DNA of 46,001 nucleotides from Reclinomonas americana ATCC 50394 (lineage: Eukaryota), in NCBI GenBank assembly GCA_048213135.1, contig PS015220.1, positions 1,837 to 47,837 of the forward strand, in the 5' to 3' direction. Position numbers and translations under genes: made by a program. How positions within the stretch are numbered: position 1 is the first letter of the stretch; each line of letters starts with the position of its first letter. The notes under the pieces are model-generated. The model searched no databases. It had not been told where the DNA came from and saw nothing but the letters and a program-made list of their open reading frames with translations. Below are positions 34,140 to 45,382 of this stretch, in pieces.

Positions 34140-36847
34140 TCACAACTCGTGGAATTTCTCTTCGTGGCAGCCGGGCGCATCCTGTTGTTGGGCGAAGCAC
34201 CAGTGCGGTCAGCCTCGCATGTAGACAGAGAGCGCAGGTACTGTCTATGCAGTACTCACCTCGCCCCACTTTCCGCAGCACTCCCACTGTACCGAAAAGG
34301 ATCAGAATGGAAATCGACGACAACTCATATGCCACACTGCACACGTACCTCCTGCCATCCACATGCGACACGAGATGGTAAAGGAACGACATGGTGAGAT
34401 GCAGAACAGTGTTAGTCGGAGCATAACACAGGAAGCAGTCGGTATTGTTCGATATCGATATCGATAACTCACCCCCTAACATCCGTGAAGCAAAGGAGCG
34501 ACGGCAGAACGCAGAAGTACACACGATAATGTCAGATGTCATCAAACATATGCAACAGACGAGGTGGACTGCAGTGGACTCAACTCGCTGCAGAGAGAGA
34601 GACAAGTCAACAGTCAGTGCCGAAATTCACAATCGTGAGTTTTGTGTGGCACACGTACCGACTGCCAGGCGAAGGAAGAGGGTCCCAGCAAGAGACAGCA
34701 GGCAGTGAGGCATGCATGCTTTCAGCAGCTAAAGCAGAGTGGAGAAGCACGCACATACTGCACATACAAACAACAGCATGCATGCGCAGTGAGTGCCTTA
34801 TATAATGACAGTTTTTTCTTCGACACGCACGCAACAGTGTGTCCGAACGGCAGAGCGGATGGCTTGGTGCGGTATGTCCCTGGATGGTACACTACATCAC
34901 ACAGTGACACCAGCGGCAGTGAGTGGAGCTCTGCAGAAAAGGACGACTGCAGGCAGGCGAGAAATCCGACAAACCACACGGAATCTCCGCCTCCTGCTCG
35001 CTCTCCACCAACGCATGGCAGCGCAGGCATCGCTGCACATCACACAGATTCCCTGTCAACAGCAACCTCCAGGTCTCACCTCAGCACGTTCGCAAACCTT
35101 GTGGCCGTGATGGTGACTCGAGTGCGAAAACTGCCCGTTTCAAACCAATCAGCACACAACTCACAGTGTCAAAAAAACGTTGTTTCTCACAGGCAGCGCA
35201 CCAGCGACGAGTGCGACGACATGCTGGACGACGAGCGTGCACTCAGAGGCGCCACCTACGCGACTCCACCGCCAGCAACCCTCTTCAGTGAGTTGTTCCG
35301 ATGCACACAACGAGGAGGGATGTTCATTGCGCATGACACTTTACCGTACTCGCCGCACTGGCTGGTCGCGCGCTCGGCGACGACGATGCGGCGCCAGCGG
35401 CACTCTGTGACGAGAAGCACACGTTGTTAGTCACCAAACCGTGATGCAATCGGCACAAGGCAACTGACCATGCTGATACTGTGGCCGTGTGCAGGTGCGT
35501 GCGAGTGCGGTAGCTCTTGCACCGATTGTGAAACCGATGTCGCGTATCGCGGCGTCGACGCATGCGACGGTGGCGACTGCGCAAGAGCACTAAAGTGAGC
35601 TTTTCTCCATTTATCTCTCTTGCGTGCACGACGCATGAGCACCCGAGATCGCACGCGGAGTGACTTGCGCAGGCGGACCACTTCGCGTTCCAGTTCATGC
35701 ACTCGCATCCGCATCTCTCGGTTTCTTGTCTCCAGCTTGGCCTGAGCGCGCGTGCACATAAGTGGGCAGGCACGGGAGAGAGTGCGAGGAGATAGATGAC
35801 GCACCACCATTCCCGGATCCTCGACAGGATGTCCATGTGCATGAGAATGATGAGGCGTGGGACTGACACTCAGCTCGCGGATCGTCGCCAGCAGCTGATC
35901 GCGTTCCTCAGCAAGGTGCTTGTTCTCGTCTTGCAGGGTGGTGATCTGCACGTTGCACGTTTGAATAAGCTCTGCCTATCACGGCTGTCAGCAGCTGCCA
36001 GCATCCACGACGCAACGCGACGCTTGACGGGCTCGCCAGCCGAGGCAAATGCACACTGGTGCTCGTGGGCGTCGAGATCGGCGACCACGCCGACCCACGC
36101 ACAGCCAATCGACGCAGCGTGGCAGTGTGCTGCCCGCTGGTTGCAAGCGTGCTCTGCATGAAGGAAGATCGACTGAGTGGGTGGAGGATACACAGTCGCC
36201 ACCGATTTGCTCACGCGCACCTCGATGCTCACGCATGTGGCACCGCGGCACCGGTTCGCGACACTGCGAGCACTGGATCTCACACACATGCTCGTGCGTG
36301 TGCACGTAGTCACCGAGTGTTCCCTTCCACGCACACTGTGCGTTCGGGCAGTGCGCCACCTGTGACGATCCGGATCCGCCGATTGAGAGAGACAACTTGG
36401 CAAGATCCACCACCAACACACAGGAACGAACCTGCAATCCCTCAAACGCCGCCGTCACCTCGTCCGACGGCGACACACACGAGTCGAGCGATGTGTCGCA
36501 GCACGGACACAGATGCCGCTCGGCGCGCGTCAGATGCTGCACGAATGACGATTGGTGAGAAAAAGATTCGCATCTGGACACACACCGCGTCACTCACCGC
36601 ACGACAAAGCGGATGCTGCGCCTCCGTGCACAGCACCATCGGCGGCTCACACAACTCCAGACACGCACTGGAGCACGCGCGTCGGAAGATTCTCTCCACC
36701 ACACACGCACTCAAAAAAAACACCGACAAGAAAACGCAACGCGCACTCGGCAATCTCATGCGCCTTTGCCTGCGACTCCGTCGTCAAGTCGATCAGACGC
36801 AGCGGGTGGCGATGAAACGTGGATGCGGCACACTGTGTCTCTGTCAT
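34140..36847 (-). CDS. RING + TRAF-type Zn-finger + coiled-coil protein with C-terminal Btk-like Zn motif; includes single-codon microexons
   Basis: RING: ECA|ACLELC...QHPLC...CPCC. TRAF-Zn: CPNAQCAWKG..H..C, CHAASIGCAWVG..H..C. C-terminus RCLRC...PC|VYHPG...|WECCGKWGE|DAPGCHEEKFHEL-TGA assembled with AG/GT boundaries. Confidence 0.8.
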
Positions 36848-36924
36848 TTCTCTCACAATCCGATAATTGAGAAACTTGTACGGATCAGACAGACAGATCG
36901 TGAATACCGTAGTTTGTTGTTTCG

Positions 36925-38275
36925 ATGCGCGGGCCAAAGCACGAGTGTTTCTGGGAGCCCGTCACTGGGTACATTGGTGAGCACCACTTGCACGCAAGAA
37001 GAAACGCTCGTCAAGTCATCTCTCTCTCATACTTATGTGCCAGACTGGTGCGAGGCCAACTGCGTGCACTCTCCGTACATTGCCGAGACGTGGAATACGC
37101 TCTCGAATGCATTCATCTGGGTGCCGGCCATCATTGGCCTGTTGAACTGTGCGCGCATTCGTGCAGAGTGGCGCTTCTGGGGACTGTATGCGTCGCTTGT
37201 GTGTGTGGTGAGCGCCTCTTTTTCTTTCACACACTCTCTTTCTCTTTCTCTCTTTGCATGTTTTGACGTGCGCGTCTCTCTCTTTCTCTCTTTAGGGACT
37301 GGGATCGACTGCATTCCACGCCACTCTCTCGCGTCTTGGTCAGGTTCTCGATGAATTTCCGATGCTCATCGGTGGATCGTTCTTTGTCTATGCTGCCATT
37401 GTTGCGTTCGACTGTTGCTGCTGCTGCTGCGTTGCTGCTCACGGGCGCGCATGCAGAACATGCGAGGCAAGGCGCCGAAGACGATTATTCCCATGCTCGT
37501 GGTGTACACGATCTGCGGCACGTTGTGTTTGCTGCTTTTCCCCGACCAGCCGTTCTGGTTCCAGGTGCGCGCTGTTGCTCTTTGTCCCCCTCGTTTCCTT
37601 GCTGGATGCATGCTCATGGGGAGGTGAGTGACAGGCAAGCTACATCCTGGGCGTCATTGCGACCACAGTGCAGTCGGGGTACATTGCGTGGCACCATCCG
37701 AAGAAGGTGAGTGTGTAGGAGGAGTCTCGCTCTCTCTTCCTGCTTCGTGTTCATGTCGATGACGACGACGACGCTGCAGAACGTGCGCGAGATGTACGAC
37801 TTGGCGATGTGGACGTACTTTATGGGCGCCGTGTTGTGGGTACGTGCACAGCCCTTCTCCAGCTGCTGAGTCTTTTAGGTTTACTTTGAATGGATGCAGT
37901 TGTTCGACTATCACCTGTGCTCTCGGCTGGAGATGATGGTTCCGCGCGTCCTCTTCCAGCTGCACTCGTGGTGGTGCGCGCAGTCACTCTCTTTCTTTCA
38001 CTCTCACCCTCTCGCTGCTGCTCACCGTCCATGTTGTACAGGCACGTGGGCACTGGTCTCGGCTCGTACTTTGCGTGCACCTTCTTGATGGTGCGTTGTG
38101 CGTGTGCCACACAGCTCGTTTGTTGTGTGCACGCGAGGCTGACCACTTGTGCCCACAGTACGTGCGAGAGGAGACGCTGAATCATGCGCCGCGATGGGGC
38201 AAGAAGCGCTGGCAGACCCTGTTCCTGCCGACCGTGGAGACAACAACGGTGGTGACCAGCAACAAGATCGAGTAG
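36925..38275 (+). CDS. ACER3: Alkaline ceramidase (ACER3/YPC1, CREST family)
   Basis: FWEPVTGYI|DWCEAN...YIAETWNTLSN, GSTAFHATL...LDEFPM, LHSWW|HVGTGLGSY; multiple TM segments. Confidence 0.92.
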
Positions 38276-38441
38276 AAACCCAATAGAGTGGTGGTAGTGG
38301 CGCTGACAGACCCCCACATTCACCTCCTCCTTTCCCTCAAGTGAAATCATGGAAGAATAATATCACTGAAAAAAGAACGTGTCTCGTTGTGCACTATCTC
38401 TCTTCGTAAAAAGAAAACTAAATCGGCCTGACGGCGACTCC

Positions 38442-41400
38442 TCAGCCGCCGGTGTAGATGAGCGGGTGCGCCTCATGGATCTGTTTCCTCACCTCCTCGC
38501 TAATGTTGTTGCCTGTGTTGCACAGCAGAAAACGTGAGATCATCCACCCACTCAACGCACATGCACGCATGCAGTGATGAGGCTACGCAACGGATCAAGT
38601 TGAGCGTCAGCTTGCGCAGCTTGGCATCGGGCGCCACCTCGCGGTCGGCCAGGGCCCACGCACCCGTGTCTTGAATGCTGTTCTCTGCCAGGTCCAGCGT
38701 CATGCCGTACGGCTGCGCCGAGCCCAGCACGTCGGCAATCTCCTTTGCGCCGTCGTCGGTGAGGCCGGTGCCGCGCAGCGTCAGGTGCACAAAGAACGGC
38801 AGACGAGTGGCCTGCTTGATCACATGCAGCGCTGCGTTGTCGCCAATCAGGTTGCCTGTGCGATCGCCTGAAAGTCAGAAGAAAAGCGACAAGAGCAACG
38901 GATTCACGATGAGAGCGGCACGCAACGAGACAGGTCCAGTGCGCCGAGCGACGGGATCGTGTGCAAGTAGTCGCCGATGATGCGAGCACTCTTGCGGGAC
39001 ATGTAGCAGTCTGTGTGGCACACGCGCACATCCGTCAGCACACTTCCTCCCCCAACATCCCCTTGCATGGATTCGCAACTATTCAAAATCAGCTCCTTCA
39101 GCGCGTGGCAGTGGTGCAAGTGCTTCATGAACATCTTCAGGCCATCCTCCGTGTACTCCTTGTTCTCTGCGCGTCACGTAATCAGATAAGCGGCGCCTCC
39201 CTCGTGGTCACACAGTGTGCGCACTCACCACCGAGATCGAGGCGAATGAGCTTCGGCAACGAAGACAGCTTGTTGGCCAGGTTGAGCAACGTGTCGTCGC
39301 CAATCTGCGTGTTGGACAAGGAGAGAGACTCCAAACTTGCCGGCAGCTTTTTGATGATGCCCTGCATGCCGCGGTCGCCAATCGGGTTGCCTGGTGATGC
39401 ACGTGAGTGAAACTGAAGTCATCTTTCTTCTCGCGGCAGCTGGTACGCAACTGCGCAGATCCAGGACCTTCAGCTTGCTCCAGCCGCCCACGAGGTCCGC
39501 CAAGCCCAGAATGCCGTCGTCGGTAAGCTTGTTGGTGCCGGCGGAGAACCACTCAATGTTTGGTGCACCCTGCAGGTACTGCAGCAGGCGCGAGCCCTTC
39601 AGCTTGTCGTCGTCGAGCATCCAGCCTGGTCCAGTCGTCAGGAATACGGAGCAGGGAGTGACATGCACAGAGGCTGTACGCAAGCAAACCTCCAATGTCA
39701 ATCTTGGTGAAGCGAGGACCAAAGGCCTTGACCTGGGCGTTGATGATCTCCAAGTTGGTGTCGGTCTTCAGCGGATTTCCTGCGAATCGTCCAAGTGAGA
39801 GGGTGGTCGCTGTAAAGGGTCCACCAGGAGAAAACTCTGCACTCACCCTCGAACCACACACGGCGGAGCTTGGGCGGCGAGCGGCGGTTGATAATGCCGG
39901 CGAGTTGCTTGCCCTGCTCCTCCTCAAATGAGTTGGCTGTGCGGAAAAATTCAGTGAGATCGCCAAACTGCAGCAGCACCGCGTCTCTCTCGCTCACGCA
40001 CCGCCAATGTACAGCTCCTCCAGGTTCACCATGCTCGGCAGCACCTCGTCGAGAATGCCAAGGCCGTAGGCGTCGGGCTTGGTGTCTGCACGAGGACGCA
40101 GGTGAGTGGCGATAATATTTAACCTTGCTCGATGACAGGGCGCAACTCGAAAGGTCGAGAATGCGGAGCGACTTGATCTTGGCGACGGACTTGAGCACCT
40201 GTCCAGTGCCCTGGCCGTAGATCGGGAAGTCTGTCGCACGACCCAGAACCCAGGTCAGCTTTCAGAAATTTCTCTCCCACGCTCGACAGGGTACGCACAG
40301 AATCCATCTCCGCTAAAGGCCAGCTCCTCGAGCTTCGGCAACTTGCTCAGGTGCTTGCCAACCTCGACGGCGCCCTCCACGCCAAACTTGTGCGCTGCAC
40401 ATGCGTGATTGATTATTGAGTGAGAATGATTCACAACTCACCGACAGCGGGGCAAGAGACGCAACTGCCCAGCCGCAAGATGCGCAGCTCCGGAATGTGC
40501 TTGAGTGCCTGCGCAAACGGCTCGGCAAGCTTCTCGCGCATCGAGTTCTCTGTCGACAGCGGAAAGCGTGAGCTGAAGGCAGCAGCACGAAACAACGCAG
40601 CCCGGAGAGACGCAACTCGACAGATTCAACACCTCCAGCTTCGGCAGGTGCTTCAGGTTCTCCACCAGCGTCAGCATGCCATCAGTCTCGATCTCGCAGT
40701 CGTACACGTTGATCTCGCGCAGATTCGGCACGTGCGACAGGTGCGAGAAGATGGCCTTGAAGCCCTTGTCCTTGGCGTTCTTGTTCTCTGCCAAATCCAG
40801 CACCTCGAGGTTGGGTACGTTCTTGAGCAGTGGGCCCAACGCCTTCGCGGCCGGGAACGTCATGTCGGTCTCTGCGGCGCGACAGTCAGCCCGGTGCGTG
40901 AATGTGCAGTGTGTGGACGACGACGACGATGAGACGCAACTGGGAATGTGCAGCTCGCGCAGGTTGGGCACGCTCTCCAGGTTGGCAAAAATGTTCTGGA
41001 GACCCACCGTCTTCAGTGGTTGCTCTGCGGCGATTAAGGTGGAGAACAGTGAGACCACACTCTGTGGGAGAGCGTCCCGGTCAATTACGCAACTCTCCAG
41101 GTCGAGCACCTCCAGCTTCGGCATGTTCTTCAGTCGCTCGCCAATCACACGGCCAGCGTCCTGATCCAGCTTGATGTCCCACCCGCCCTTGCAGGCAAAG
41201 GAGCGCAGCTCGGGTGCATCGCCCACCTTGTCGAGCAGCCACCGCAGTCCGTCGTTGCTGATAAAGTTGTCTGCAGGCACGACGATGTCAAATGTCAGTG
41301 GCTGCGGCAGTGATGACGGACTCGTCGTCGTGCGGACACGCAACAGCCAATGTTGAGTTTCTCGAGCTTGGGGATGAACTGCAACACGTAGCCCAGGTCC

Positions 41401-42050
41401 TTGGCGGCACCGTCGGTGAGCCAGTTGTCTGTTGTTCGCGGGTGAGAAAGAGTGAGCAGCGCGATTCACTCACGGCAACTTTTTGTCGCCACTCACCTGA
41501 AATGTCGAGCTCGCGCAGCTCCGGTGCCTTCTGGATGTGGTCCAGCAGCTTGCGGAAGGTGGCCGTCGTCAAGCGAGACGCTGCGTGAGCAAGGGGAGTA
41601 AAGGGATCAGCGCTTTTGGTTGATCATTGTCGGGAGAAACGTATGACAACTCACAAGCCATCTTCAGCGAGCGCAGCTTGGGCGACAAGGCCGCCGCCAC
41701 CAGCTCCATGCTGGCCTCGCCGACCGGAATGCCTGCGTGACACGCCACATCAGACCAGCGGATGAGTGGACAACGGGAGGCGCACTGACATACCGGCCAG
41801 ATTGATGGTCACCTCGTCCGACACGTCGAGAGCATCCTGTACCTCGCGGGTGGCTGCAGAACAAAAAAGAGTCAGTGAATGGCGTGGATGCGATCCAAGG
41901 AGACGCGTACGCACAAGTGGAGACAACGAGCGTGTCGCTGTCGCCAACTGGCGCATTGGCCTTGACCGAGGGCGCGCCACAGGCTGCACCCGCCAACAGC
42001 ACCGACAGCAGGGCGAGCAGCGCCACCACTGTCCACGCGTTCGACGACAC
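38442..42050 (-). CDS. Ribonuclease-inhibitor-type LRR protein (roughly 20 or more repeats) with N-terminal hydrophobic segment
   Basis: Repeated 'xxPxLExLxLxxN/Cx' units (LKNVPNLEVLDLAEN, LSHVPNLREINVYDC, LKHLPKLEVLNLS); hydrophobic VVALLALLSVLLAGAACG near the 5' end. True start lies upstream and is unresolved. Ends ...PLIYTGG-TGA. Confidence 0.85.
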
Positions 42051-42419
42051 TCTGCGCGGATCGTCAGAAAAGCGGAAGAGAGGAAGAGGAAGAGGAAGGC
42101 CATGGCACGATCACACGCATGCGCGACTCTCTCGCTCTCACTTTCTGATTTCGTCAGCAACTCCAACTGCAGGTTCTCTTGATGGGCATTCTTTCTCTTC
42201 TTTTCACTCTCACGCAGCGGAGCGCACGACGAAACGTGTCCGCGTGCATCAGCCAAACAGGAGTGATGACGCACGCGTCTTTTGCGGAGGTGTTTGCGTT
42301 CACTTCTCTGCTCCCTCTCTCGCCTGCTCATCGTCTGGTCGTCTCTCGTTCTATGTGCATCCACTGTGCCTCCTTCCCCTCTTGACCGACGGAAGATGTT
42401 ACGTACCGCATGATCTTCT

Positions 42420-43280
42420 CTCCTGCTGAAAAAGCTGATGCCACGTGTCGCGCCGCGATTGTCCTGGCGCATGAAGAAGGACGAGGTCGACGACACAGGC
42501 GTCATTGGCATAACCCCCGCGCGGGTAGCAGTGAGCGATGCATCCACCGGCAAGGCGGGTAGCCGAAAAAGCTGCAAGTCGATTTTGTCGAACTTCGACG
42601 TCTCAATCGGTGGCCAGCCCACCGCGATGATCGTCTGCGGCACACTCAGCGATCTGCAGCAGCCGGTGAATTCATAAACCAAAAAACAATGCATCTGGCG
42701 CTTTAATATCACGAACCACGTCGCACAGCTCGACAGGCAGCTCGTGGCCTTCATGAACAAACAGAGTGAGCAGACTGCTGAGTCCTACGGGGGGCAGACG
42801 CAGACATGGACGCAACAGGCCGCGCACAGAGTCTCGCTATGCACCACCCGCTGCATGCGCATCTCCAGCGACGGCAACAACACGTGCAAGCAGTACGCCT
42901 TGGCCGCGTTGTCGCTGTCGATCGCACTGTCAGTCACCGGGAAAAAACAACCACTCCCGAAACACTCGCACCACGTAAGATCAAAAGCCGCCTGCTCGGC
43001 GTGCTGCAACAGCGCCTCGGCCACATCCAGTGGCATGATCTGCGACATGGGCACTTTCTGCTCCAAGCACGTGCTGTGCAGTCGCCTGAGCACTGCCATG
43101 AGTCGCGCCGGTGAGTCCTTGTGGTCGCTGCCGAGGAAGAACAACAGCACGTGAGCGCAATGATCAGCAGGTTGAGAGGGACGTCGCAGTCAGACTGAGC
43201 AGCATCGACCACCAAGCGTGCTCGTTCTTTCAGCTGTTTACTCGAAGCGAAGAAAGAAGCATAGACAAGAAAATGCCCAG
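42420..43280 (-). pseudogene. Intronless, apparently frameshifted coding remnant of unknown family
   Basis: Protein-like segments in successive different frames (VLLFFLGSDHKDSPARL...; LSSLLTLFVHEGHELPVELCDVV...; VYEFTG...IIAVGWPP...) with no intron-like CA/GA tracts between them. Confidence 0.35.
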
Positions 43281-43286
43281 CAGGCC

Positions 43287-43710
43287 CACGACACCAACAG
43301 TCACGAACAATGCACTGAGATGTTGATATCAACCAAGCACTACAGGCACGAAATGGACCATCAACTACACACGACACCAACGACACAGTGCCGAGAGGAC
43401 AGATGTTGATGTCAACAACAAAGCACGGCCATGAAATGATCCAACAGCGACCGCCACAACTCTTTGTGCTCTCGACTTGAAGAGAAGCTATCGATGCCGA
43501 GAATGAAAATCAGGCAAAGCGACCACCAAGAGTCTTCCCGTGTTCCCCTCTCATCTCAAAGTGAAGAATGAAAACACAAAGAAAAGCCCTTCAGTTCCAC
43601 GACAACAACGACACAGTGTGCTGAGAGGACAGATGTTGATGCCGACAACAAAGCACTGTCATCGATCCATATGCATGACAACGACCGCCGAAACTCTCTT
43701 GAGCTCTTCT
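43287..43710. repeat. Degenerate direct repeat, three copies (about 43287, 43370, 43598)
   Basis: Shared CACGACA(C/A)CAAC...AGATGTTGAT...AAGCAC. Copies 2 and 3 also share GACACAGTG..GAGAGGACAGATGTTGATG and CGACCGCC..AACTCT. Confidence 0.75.
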
Positions 43711-43960
43711 TCCACCTCGAACCGAAAAAGAGAGAATACGAAAAGATGAGACCAAGCCCGTGCACTTCTATCGAGACAACAAGCTAGAAAGCAATCAAGT
43801 CAAGAATCATCACTCAAAGCATCACAACTCCTATGTCTCCTGTGCTGAACGGTGTCGAATGCAAAAACAACTCTCTCGAAAGTCCCTGAAAACCCCCCAT
43901 CAACGCATGCCAATCTCCTGCCTTCCCCTTTTCTCCCCCCCTTTCTCGCCCTCCCTCTCC

Positions 43961-45199
43961 TCACCGCAATTTCAACCACATGGCCGACCCCTCCACCGCC
44001 GGCTGCACCACCCAGTGCGTCAGCAGCGCCGACACTGCCAGTCCCATATCCCACACCCGTCGAAGGTCGGGCGCTGCCCCGACCCGCGCCGTCACCTGTG
44101 CATCACACATCACCAGCAGCTCCACCGTCCACACCAGCTGTACGTGCGCCTCGCCCTCGCCGCCGCCGCCATCGTCGTCGACGCACATCTCCAGCACGCT
44201 CTCACCGCGCTTGCCTCTGCTGTGTGCCTGCGCTCCATGTCGCAACAGCAGCTGCACGAGCGGCAGTCGCAATCGGTGCGCCTGCTCACACGCCATGAAG
44301 AGTGGCGGGTGCTGTTGCCGATTGACTGCATGCACATCTGCACCGCTCTCCAACAGCAACCGACACACGCCGAGTCGGCCGGTCCGACACGCCATATGCA
44401 GCGGCGTGTTGCCGCTGCGATCGACTGCCGACACATCGTGACTGGCGCGCACCACCGCCGCCACCACCGCCGTCGACAAGCACGACGACTCGCAGGCCAC
44501 GTGCAGTGCCGTGCGCTGCAGGGCATCGCGCGCCGCCACCAGCTCGCCAGGTGCACGATGCAGCGCCAGCAGACGCGTGACCGTCGCCAGCGGAAAGTTG
44601 CACGCGCACGCCACATGCAGCGCGCAAGTTGCCTCCAGCACCGACGCCACCTGCTCCGCCGGCAGCGCCTCCATCACCGCCATCACCGCCACCACTGTCT
44701 CATTGTGCGCCGACGCAAGCGCCGCCCGCATCACCTCCTTCACACTCTGTTCGCTCTCCGCCCGCATAATCACCAGCGGCACCAGCGACGCCGCCGTTCC
44801 ACTTTGCACAATGAGCGGCAAGCACGTACGCACGCTGTCCACCGACACCAACCCCGCACGCAGCAGCAGTCGCGTAATCACCACACGCTCATCCTCCAAC
44901 GCGCTTTCCCTTCGCGACGACGACGACGATGCAGACGATGCCGGCGAAGACGACCACGCTGCACGAATGCATTTGTCGCCCACACGCATCGCCGCCGCCG
45001 CCGCCGTCACCCGTTCCAACACCGCCTCGACGACGTCCACTCGCCGCGCCACATACGCCGTCTCCAGCACCGCGCGCGCCAGTGCACCACTTTGTGACGG
45101 ATCATCGCGCCACTGTCGCAGCTGCTTGTCCAGCTGTGCACGCAGCAGCAACTCGCGATCGTCGTCGCCGTCGACGTCAGTGGCAGGTTTTCGGTGCAT
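43961..45199 (-). CDS. Ankyrin-repeat protein (intronless)
   Basis: ALHVAC, QRTALHVACE, DRSGNTPLHMACRTGRLGVCRLLLESGADV, HPPLFMACE...LLLRHGA in one continuous ORF. Confidence 0.88.
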   Translation of the reverse strand: MHRKPATDVDGDDDRELLLRAQLDKQLRQWRDDPSQSGALARAVLETAYVARRVDVVEAVLERVTAAAAAMRVGDKCIRAAWSSSPASSASSSSSRRESALEDERVVITRLLLRAGLVSVDSVRTCLPLIVQSGTAASLVPLVIMRAESEQSVKEVMRAALASAHNETVVAVMAVMEALPAEQVASVLEATCALHVACACNFPLATVTRLLALHRAPGELVAARDALQRTALHVACESSCLSTAVVAAVVRASHDVSAVDRSGNTPLHMACRTGRLGVCRLLLESGADVHAVNRQQHPPLFMACEQAHRLRLPLVQLLLRHGAQAHSRGKRGESVLEMCVDDDGGGGEGEAHVQLVWTVELLVMCDAQVTARVGAAPDLRRVWDMGLAVSALLTHWVVQPAVEGSAMWLKLR

Positions 45200-45382
45200 C
45201 TGTCTCTGACAATGAAGGGTGCATGCAGGCAGGTGCACCACAGGCTACAGTCTGGCGTGGACGGGGAAACGGGACAGATTCGTTCCGACGCTCTCAAAAT
45301 TTCACCAACTTTTTTCTTCACCATTGTCGAGAGAATGCAAGAAACGTTTTACGCTTGCCAACATCCACACATACCACACGCC

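Noticed and set aside
34642-37354. Long plus-strand ORFs at 34642-35430 and 36059-37354
   Set aside because: Mostly antisense to the RING gene's exons and introns; only the end of the second overlaps true ceramidase exons.
43760-45097. 445-aa plus-strand His/Arg-rich ORF
   Set aside because: Antisense shadow of the GC-rich ankyrin gene.
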